This document shows, in pieces, positions 57,608-64,000 of a stretch of 64,000 nucleotides of DNA. Both the position numbers and the translations under genes were made by a program. The notes below the pieces were generated by a model. It did no database searches, was not told the origin of the DNA, and was given only the letters and a program-made list of their open reading frames with translations. The stretch lies in assembly GCA_012839385.1 (NCBI GenBank), contig DUNL01000161.1, forward strand, positions 1,824 to 65,823, given 5' to 3'. Every line of letters begins with the position of its first letter. Position 1 is the stretch's first letter. Source of the stretch: Clostridiaceae bacterium (lineage in GTDB: Bacteria > Bacillota > Clostridia > Saccharofermentanales > DTU023).

Positions 57608-57636
57608 TTCGCTTGGAGTGTCATTTAGACCTTATA

Positions 57637-57672
57637 GATTTGCCATCTCATGAATCCATGAGATGGCAAATC
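57637..57672 (+). other. Perfect 16-bp intercistronic stem-loop after the SBP gene
   Basis: GATTTGCCATCTCATG-aatc-CATGAGATGGCAAATC with no U tract. It is probably an mRNA stabiliser or partial attenuator. Confidence 0.6.
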
Positions 57673-57760
57673 CGTGACTTTATACAAAACATTCAATTAG
57701 TTAACTACTTAATTCTAACAATATATATTTGGTCTAAATAAGGGGAAAAGGAGTTTTCAG

Positions 57761-58783
57761 ATGTTACTTTTAAAGAGCATCATAAAGCGTCTAGCAAGTT
57801 CCCTTGTGGTCTTACTTGGGCTTACGATAGTCATATTTACTTTAATGAAAGCTGTTCCTGGTGATCCGGCTCGCCTAGCCTTAGGTCCTAATGTATCCGA
57901 AGAAGTCATTGAACAATACAGAAAAGTTAATCACTTAGATAAACCCATACCGGTACAGTATATCTATTGGCTGACGAATGCAATAAAAGGTGATTTTGGT
58001 ATTTCTTCATACACGCAAAGGGCCGTTAGCCAGGATATAAAAGACTTTGCGCCTGCTACCATTGAATTAGTTATTTGGGCTGGCATACCGCCGCTCTTTT
58101 TTGCCCTGTTGTTAGGAGTTATAAGCGCACAACATAAAAATAAATGGCCTGACTATTTAACTAGGTTTTTAGGTTATATTTTTGTTGCTACTCCAACATT
58201 TGTTATTGCAGTTCTTTTTGTTCTCATATTCGGTTACTGGTTGCCTGTTATGCCTACTATAGGTGGGCGACTAAGTCCGCAATTTTCTATCACTCCAGTT
58301 ACTGGTATGTATGTTTTAGATGCCCTAATAGGTGGACAGTTTGCTGCTGCTTGGAACGCTTTTCTACATTTGCTTTTTCCTGCACTGGCCTTATCTCTTG
58401 GTAAAACAATGCAAGAAGCTCGTATAACCAGAGCTAGTATGCTTCAAAATGCGGATAAAGATTATATAACAATGGTTACTTCACAGGGTGTTCCTAAAAA
58501 AATTATTAATCGCAAGTTTTTATTGAAGCCTTCTGTAATTCCAACAATCACTGTTATGGGAATGGATTTTGCTGCCTTGTTTGGTAATGCCTTTCTAGTA
58601 GAACGTATTTTTAATTGGCCTGGTTTATCTAGTTACGGAATGAATGCTATCTTGAATAAAGATTCAAATGCTGTAACGGCTGTCGTCTTAATTATTGGGT
58701 TAGCTTTTGTAGGTACTAGCATTCTGGTGGACATTGTTGCCATGATATTAGATCCGCGAATGAGGCAGGCTAGGACTAGATAG
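57761..58783 (+). CDS. Peptide ABC transporter permease (DppB/OppB-like)
   Basis: About 6 TM helices, an N-terminal IIKRL pattern, and an EAA-like DYITMVTSQG. Confidence 0.88.
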   Translation: MLLLKSIIKRLASSLVVLLGLTIVIFTLMKAVPGDPARLALGPNVSEEVIEQYRKVNHLDKPIPVQYIYWLTNAIKGDFGISSYTQRAVSQDIKDFAPATIELVIWAGIPPLFFALLLGVISAQHKNKWPDYLTRFLGYIFVATPTFVIAVLFVLIFGYWLPVMPTIGGRLSPQFSITPVTGMYVLDALIGGQFAAAWNAFLHLLFPALALSLGKTMQEARITRASMLQNADKDYITMVTSQGVPKKIINRKFLLKPSVIPTITVMGMDFAALFGNAFLVERIFNWPGLSSYGMNAILNKDSNAVTAVVLIIGLAFVGTSILVDIVAMILDPRMRQARTR

Positions 58784-58793
58784 GAGGAGATCT

Positions 58794-59657
58794 ATGGCAC
58801 CAGAAAGAAAAGAGAATATAAAAAGAAACTGGTATAGGTTTGCTGCCGGCGGTGCTCCTGTTGTTGGCTTAGTAATAGTCATATTGATAATTCTCTTGGC
58901 TATCCTTGCGCCTATTATCGCGCCGTACCCTGAGGATGCAGGTGCAGTAGTAAATTTTGCAGATAGCGCCCTTCCCCCAAGTCCTCAGCATATTATGGGA
59001 ACCGATACTACAGGAAGAGACGTTTTTTCTAGATTATTGTTTAGCCTAAAAAGCACTTTGCTTATGGGTGTACTTGTTCTAGCTATATCAGTTCCTATCG
59101 GTTTTATTGTAGGAGTGTTGGCAGGATATTATAGAGATACCTGGATTGAGACAGTGCTAATGCGTATAGTGGATATATTTTTGTCTGTTCCTGCTTTAGT
59201 ATTAGCACTTGCAATTGCCGCTGTGCTAGAACCGAATCTACGGAATTCTATGATTGCAATTACAATCATGTGGTGGCCTTGGTATGCCAGACTTACATTT
59301 GGAGTTGTATCATCTCTAAGATCAGAAAATTATATTACTTATGCAGAACTTACGGGTGCAAGTTTAGGGCATATTATTGTCAAAGAATTTTTGCCTAATA
59401 CTTTAGACCAGATTTTGACCAAAATGACTTTAGATATAGGTTATGTGATAATTATGGGCGCTACGCTAAGCTTTGTTGGTCTTGGCGAGCAACCTCCTAT
59501 TCCTGCTCTTGGCAACATGATTAATGATGGGGTCAAATTTTTACCAGATATGTGGTGGTTAACAATATTTCCCGCAGTCACTATTATTTTAATCGTTTTA
59601 GGTTTTAATCTAGTAGGTGATGGCGTTGGTAATATTTTTAATGTGGAGGGTAACTGA
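58794..59657 (+). CDS. Peptide ABC transporter permease (DppC/OppC-like)
   Basis: GTDTTGRDVFSRLL motif and about 6 TM helices. Confidence 0.88.
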   Translation: MAPERKENIKRNWYRFAAGGAPVVGLVIVILIILLAILAPIIAPYPEDAGAVVNFADSALPPSPQHIMGTDTTGRDVFSRLLFSLKSTLLMGVLVLAISVPIGFIVGVLAGYYRDTWIETVLMRIVDIFLSVPALVLALAIAAVLEPNLRNSMIAITIMWWPWYARLTFGVVSSLRSENYITYAELTGASLGHIIVKEFLPNTLDQILTKMTLDIGYVIIMGATLSFVGLGEQPPIPALGNMINDGVKFLPDMWWLTIFPAVTIILIVLGFNLVGDGVGNIFNVEGN

Positions 59658-60655
59658 TGGAAACTGTAACTAATATTTTAGAGGTTAAAGATTTGTCCGT
59701 ATCTTATACGGTTGCCAATGTAGTTACTCATGTTCTGAAAAAAGTGAATTTAATAGTTCCACGCGGAAAAAGCATTGGGCTTGTTGGAGAGTCAGGCTGT
59801 GGAAAAACTACTACTATGAGGGCAATATTAGGTGTTCTTCCTAGTAATGCCAATATTGAGAATGGTGAAATTATATTTAATGGATCAGACATTCTTAAAA
59901 TGTCAAGCAATGAGTTACAGGAATTTCGCCAAACAGGTGCTGGAATGATTTTCCAAGATCCTTCCAGTGCACTTAATCCTGTATTTTCTATAAAAGAACA
60001 ATTTTTAACTAGTATTAGGTATGCGCATAAGGAAAAAAATTATTCGTCTAAAGAGCTTTATGAAAAAGCAATAGAAGCTTTAAAAGCAGTCTCTCTTGCT
60101 GATCCGGACCGTATAATGAATAGCTTTCCCTTTCAACTTTCGGGTGGCATGAGACAGAGAGTTTGTATTGCCATGACATTGGCTGGTGAGAAAGAGCTAT
60201 TACTAGCGGACGAACCAGGAACTGCACTTGATGTAACAATTCAAGACCAAATTCTAAGGTTGATCAAAGATCTTGTAGATTCCCATGAGCTGTCTGTCAT
60301 TATGGTAACGCATTCTCTGGGAGTAATTCGCCAAGTTACTTCAGAGGTTAATGTAATGTATGCTGGTTCAATTGTAGAGGGTGGGGACACTGTCAAGGTA
60401 TTTGAACAGCCTAAACATCCATATACTATGGCTCTTATGGATTGTCTGCCTAAACTCACTGGAACTAGTATTGCTGAGGGAATTCCCGGACGAATTCCTG
60501 ATTACGATAATCCACCTGTTGGTTGCCGTTTCTTCCCAAGATGTATTTATGCCTTGGACCAATGTAGAAATGAAATTCCAGGACAGACATTAATTGAGAA
60601 TGGACATTGGGTGGCTTGTTTTGCTGCTGCGGAGGGAAAAGTATGGCGGAATTAA
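59657..60655 (+). CDS. Peptide ABC transporter ATP-binding protein (DppD/OppD-like)
   Basis: Walker A GESGCGKTT, LSGGMRQR, Walker B LLLADEPGT, and a C-terminal GCRFFPRC motif. Confidence 0.9.
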   Translation: METVTNILEVKDLSVSYTVANVVTHVLKKVNLIVPRGKSIGLVGESGCGKTTTMRAILGVLPSNANIENGEIIFNGSDILKMSSNELQEFRQTGAGMIFQDPSSALNPVFSIKEQFLTSIRYAHKEKNYSSKELYEKAIEALKAVSLADPDRIMNSFPFQLSGGMRQRVCIAMTLAGEKELLLADEPGTALDVTIQDQILRLIKDLVDSHELSVIMVTHSLGVIRQVTSEVNVMYAGSIVEGGDTVKVFEQPKHPYTMALMDCLPKLTGTSIAEGIPGRIPDYDNPPVGCRFFPRCIYALDQCRNEIPGQTLIENGHWVACFAAAEGKVWRN

Positions 60656-61620
60656 TTTTAGAATTAAAAAACCTAAAAAAGTATTTTCCTTTACCTAATG
60701 GACAATCGGTTAAAGCAGTAGATGGTGTAAGTTTACAACTGTTTAAAGGTGAAACACTTGGTCTGGTCGGAGAATCTGGATGTGGCAAGAGTACCATCGC
60801 ATATATGGTTGTAGGTATGTATGGTGCAACAGAAGGAGAGATTATTTATAAAGGAGAGAATTTAGCAAGGAAAGGGTACAAAAGGAGTCTTAAACAGAAA
60901 GGAGAAATTCAAATTGTTTTTCAGGATCCTGGCTCTTCATTAAATTCAAGAAGAAATATTGGGAAGAGCCTAGAATTGCCTTTAAAACTTCACAGCAAAT
61001 TATCAAAAAAAGAAAGACAAAACCGAATTGAGGAATTACTGGAGATGGTTGGCTTGCCAGTAGATTTTAGCAAGAAAATGCCTAGACATATTGGTGGCGG
61101 AGAGCGTCAATTAGTTTCAGTTGCTAGAGCGCTAGGCTCAAGTCCCCAATTTATTATTCTAGATGAACCAACCTCAGCCCTTGATGTCTCTGTGCAAGCA
61201 AAAGTGATCAGCACTTTAATCAAACTGCAAAAACAACTAGATTTGTCCTATCTTTTTATTACACATGATCTAAGTCTAATGAGAAATGTTGCAACAAGGG
61301 TAGCAATTTTATATTTAGGTAGGCTGTGTGAAGTTGCTCCTACCTCAGAATTTTTCCACTCTCCGTTTCATCCTTATACTCAAATGCTACTTTCTTCAAT
61401 CCCGGTAGCTACAGATGAAGAAGAAAAAATAAAACCTGCAAAGATTATTTCTGAAGGAGAAATTCCTTCACCAGTAAACGCTCCAAGCGGTTGCACGTTT
61501 CACACTCGTTGTAGAGAATGCATGGAAATTTGTCGGCAGGTAATACCATCTATGGTTGAGATAGAGCCTAATCATTTTGTTTGTTGTCACAAGTATCCAG
61601 ATAGCGGTACTGAATCATAG
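60643..61620 (+). CDS. Peptide ABC transporter ATP-binding protein (DppF/OppF-like)
   Basis: Walker A GESGCGKST, signature-like IGGGERQ, Walker B FIILDEPTS. ATG 60643 lies 6 nt after GGAGGG and overlaps the upstream gene by 13 nt. Confidence 0.9.
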   Translation: MAELILELKNLKKYFPLPNGQSVKAVDGVSLQLFKGETLGLVGESGCGKSTIAYMVVGMYGATEGEIIYKGENLARKGYKRSLKQKGEIQIVFQDPGSSLNSRRNIGKSLELPLKLHSKLSKKERQNRIEELLEMVGLPVDFSKKMPRHIGGGERQLVSVARALGSSPQFIILDEPTSALDVSVQAKVISTLIKLQKQLDLSYLFITHDLSLMRNVATRVAILYLGRLCEVAPTSEFFHSPFHPYTQMLLSSIPVATDEEEKIKPAKIISEGEIPSPVNAPSGCTFHTRCRECMEICRQVIPSMVEIEPNHFVCCHKYPDSGTES

Positions 61621-61634
61621 GAGGAATTTTAAAT

Positions 61635-63038
61635 TTGGAAGCAGTCTTGAATGAATTAATGGCGTCATACCGAGACGAAATAGTTGATATTACAAAGTCA
61701 CTAATTTCTTACCCTAGTGTATACGAAGATAGTAATAATGTTAATGAACCTTTTGGTAAACCAATCAATGATGCATTAAATGCAATCCTAGCAATAGCTT
61801 CTGATATGGGTTTTACTGTTTGTAACTATGACGGATATGTAGGAACGATACAATGGGGCAGTACAGGAAGACAAATTGGCATTCTTTCACATATTGATGT
61901 TGTACCTGCAGGTGAAGGCTGGACATATCCTCCATTTACGGGCACTGAAGTTAATGGGCGATTATATGGAAGGGGCGCTGTTGACGATAAAGGACCAATG
62001 GTAGCTGCTTTGTTTGCAATGAAAGCAATTAAAGAAAGTCAGCTTCCTGTAAAAAACCATATTCGACATATAATAGGTACTGATGAAGAATCGGGTATGC
62101 GGTGTTTGAAATACTATCTTGACAGGGAAGAGGCACCTTGGGGAGGTTTTTCACCTGATGCTGAGTTTCCAGTAATTCACGCAGAGAAAGGTATTCTAAG
62201 ATTTGAAGTTGTTGACAATTGGGAAAGACACAAGTCCAGCAATGGAATAACGCTCCTGGAATTAAATGGGGGAACTAGGGTAAATGTTGTTCCCTCACAA
62301 GCAAGTGCAGTTCTGTCTGTAAGTGACAAAGCCAGAAAAACCATATTAAAAAAATTAGATGAATACGAATTTAAAGAAAAAATAAATTTGCGATGGGATA
62401 ACGAAAAATTGTTGTTGACATCATGTGGTCAGAGTGCCCACTCCTCTCAACCATGGCGCGGTGAGAATGCCATTAACTTGCTGATTGGTTTTATCTCTAC
62501 CTTGCCGCTCACACATGATGGTCCCGCAATTTTTTTGAACAAACTCACTATGTTTACGGATGGTTATAGAGGAGAGGCATTAGGTGTCTGTTGTGAAGAT
62601 CAACTTTCAGGAGTACTGACATTGTCGCTAGGGATAACAAGGATAAATGAAGAGAGTGGGCAGGCTAGCATAGAGATTAGGTATCCAATTCATGCCAGCA
62701 AAGAAGTTATATTAAAGACATTAGAAGTTGCTTGCGCAGAACAGCAATTAGAATTTAATATTTTTCAGGATAAGACCCACTTGTACCTGCCTGAAAGGGA
62801 TCCCCTTATTCAGATTCTGTTACATGCATATCAAGAAGTAACAGGTAGAACTGAAGGGCCTGTGGTTATCGGAGGAGGTACATATTGTAGGGCTCTCAAT
62901 AATTTTGCGGCTTACGGTCCCGTTTTCCCCGGACAACAGGAGCTTGCTCATCAAGCGGATGAGTATATTAGCGTAGATGAACTTATATTGTCGGGTCAGA
63001 TATACGCGCAAGCATTGTATTCATTACTCAATTATTAA
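61635..63038 (+). CDS. M20-family dipeptidase (PepV/Sapep-like)
   Basis: HIDVVPAGEGW, GRGAVDDKGP and GTDEESG metal-ligand motifs. 467 aa. TTG start 9 nt after AGGAGGA. Confidence 0.82.
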   Translation: MEAVLNELMASYRDEIVDITKSLISYPSVYEDSNNVNEPFGKPINDALNAILAIASDMGFTVCNYDGYVGTIQWGSTGRQIGILSHIDVVPAGEGWTYPPFTGTEVNGRLYGRGAVDDKGPMVAALFAMKAIKESQLPVKNHIRHIIGTDEESGMRCLKYYLDREEAPWGGFSPDAEFPVIHAEKGILRFEVVDNWERHKSSNGITLLELNGGTRVNVVPSQASAVLSVSDKARKTILKKLDEYEFKEKINLRWDNEKLLLTSCGQSAHSSQPWRGENAINLLIGFISTLPLTHDGPAIFLNKLTMFTDGYRGEALGVCCEDQLSGVLTLSLGITRINEESGQASIEIRYPIHASKEVILKTLEVACAEQQLEFNIFQDKTHLYLPERDPLIQILLHAYQEVTGRTEGPVVIGGGTYCRALNNFAAYGPVFPGQQELAHQADEYISVDELILSGQIYAQALYSLLNY

Positions 63039-63071
63039 TCAAATTATTAATGAATTTATTGGAGGTAACAT

Positions 63072-64000
63072 ATGGATTGGAATATTGGAGTTGAAATGAG
63101 AGATGAGTACCATCGTATGGAACTCACAAAAGCGGCAATGAAACTGGTGCGAGACATTATGCTATGTAAGCCTGGTGAAAACCTCGTTATCACTTATGAT
63201 ACTTGTGTAGATGAGCGTGTTGTTAACGCACTCGCAGGGGCTGCATATACTATAGACGCAATTCCCACCATAGTATATTATCCAACGGCAGATGGCTTTT
63301 ATGCTGAGCCGCCTGCGCCTGTTTCTGAAGCGATTGCGGTTGCTGATGTATGGATAGAGCTTGCCTATGCGTCAATTATGCATGGTGAAGCTTATCGGAG
63401 AGCAGTGGATCGTAATGGAGCTAGATATATTTGTGCTACCGGCATGGATACGCATATGCTTGTTAATTGCATTGGTAGGATTGATGTCGACAGGGTTATA
63501 GAGCTAGGTGAGTATTTTAAGAAACGCCTTGAAGAAACTAGTACAATTCAAGTACTTACAAAAAATGGTACTAATTTAAAGGGTAATATGGGTGGACGAA
63601 AAGTACGTCATTCCGGAATTAAAGCTACAAATAAAGGATACCCTGTCATGTTAACTGGTCAAACAAGTTGGTGTCCAGTAGAAGAAACTATAGAGGGTAC
63701 TCTTGTTTTTGATGGTGCAGTATTTCCGCCTGATAGTTTAGGAGTATTAAATGAAAGTATTACACTTGAATTGAAAGAAGGTCGGATTGTAGCTATTTCT
63801 GGCGGCAAGGAAGCGGAGATTTTTGAAAAGTGGATTTATTCGTTTAATGATCCTAATATGCTAAGACTAGCTCATTTCTCTCAAGGATTTAACCCAGGAG
63901 TTAAAAAAATTACGGGGCGTATAGTGGAAGATGAGCGAGTATTTGGCTGCATGGAATTTGGGATTGGTAGCCAGGGAGTTGCTATAGGAGGAGCACATTG
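63072..64000 (+). CDS. Aminopeptidase-T (M29/COG2309)-like or NicX-like protein, partial (3' end outside window)
   Basis: This ORF is not in the supplied track but is open from ATG 63072 (6 nt after GGAGG) to the window edge. The pattern EGTLVFDGAV..ITLELKEGRIVAISGG..FNDPNM..AHFSQGFNP resembles what I recall of the AmpS/NicX family. Confidence 0.45.
   Translation, partial: MDWNIGVEMRDEYHRMELTKAAMKLVRDIMLCKPGENLVITYDTCVDERVVNALAGAAYTIDAIPTIVYYPTADGFYAEPPAPVSEAIAVADVWIELAYASIMHGEAYRRAVDRNGARYICATGMDTHMLVNCIGRIDVDRVIELGEYFKKRLEETSTIQVLTKNGTNLKGNMGGRKVRHSGIKATNKGYPVMLTGQTSWCPVEETIEGTLVFDGAVFPPDSLGVLNESITLELKEGRIVAISGGKEAEIFEKWIYSFNDPNMLRLAHFSQGFNPGVKKITGRIVEDERVFGCMEFGIGSQGVAIGGAH

Noticed and set aside
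1-64000. CRISPR arrays, IS elements, prophage genes, toxin-antitoxin pairs and known defence-system signatures.
   Set aside because: None was found on reading both strands. There are no regularly spaced repeats, and no transposase, integrase, Cas or phage-like ORFs in the six-frame track.

Overview
This is a 64-kb chromosomal window, most likely from a Bacillota (Clostridia-like) genome. The evidence for that is the conserved yaaO-tmk-darA(yaaQ)-holB-yaaT(ricT) synteny and strong GGAGG-type ribosome-binding sites. I can support about 55 protein genes, one tRNA-Arg(CCG), several Rho-independent terminators and a few sigma-A-like promoters. I found no rRNA, CRISPR array, transposase, integrase or phage genes. 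Housekeeping content: clpP(partial)-clpX, membrane-anchored msrAB, tmk/darA/holB/ricT, aspS-gatA-gatB, proS, purC-like, sbcCD, a serC-like/serA/DUF1015 serine block and ltaE. Transport content: two Trk/Ktr K+ uptake systems, a heterodimeric ABC exporter and two peptide ABC importers. Accessory content: a glycyl-radical enzyme plus activase that looks like 4-hydroxyproline dehydratase (HypD), an XRE-cupin regulator, a degenerate FadH/OYE-like Fe-S flavoprotein, an FGGY kinase, RidA, a tryptophanase-like lyase, and a LysR-controlled peptide-ABC/M20/M29-like block of visibly lower GC. No complete multi-gene system of obviously new type is visible. The observations most worth following up are these: (1) AspRS is fused in one ORF to GatC directly upstream of gatAB. 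(2) A stripped-down FadH-like protein has a roughly 110-aa acidic insert. (3) A very basic disordered protein is co-transcribed with the yaaO-like decarboxylase. (4) The HypD-type locus lacks proC and has an SD-hairpin-ATG start architecture. (5) There is an atypical Hanks-type kinase. (6) An Xaa-Pro peptidase is frameshifted. All functional calls come from motif reading by eye and were not checked against any database.
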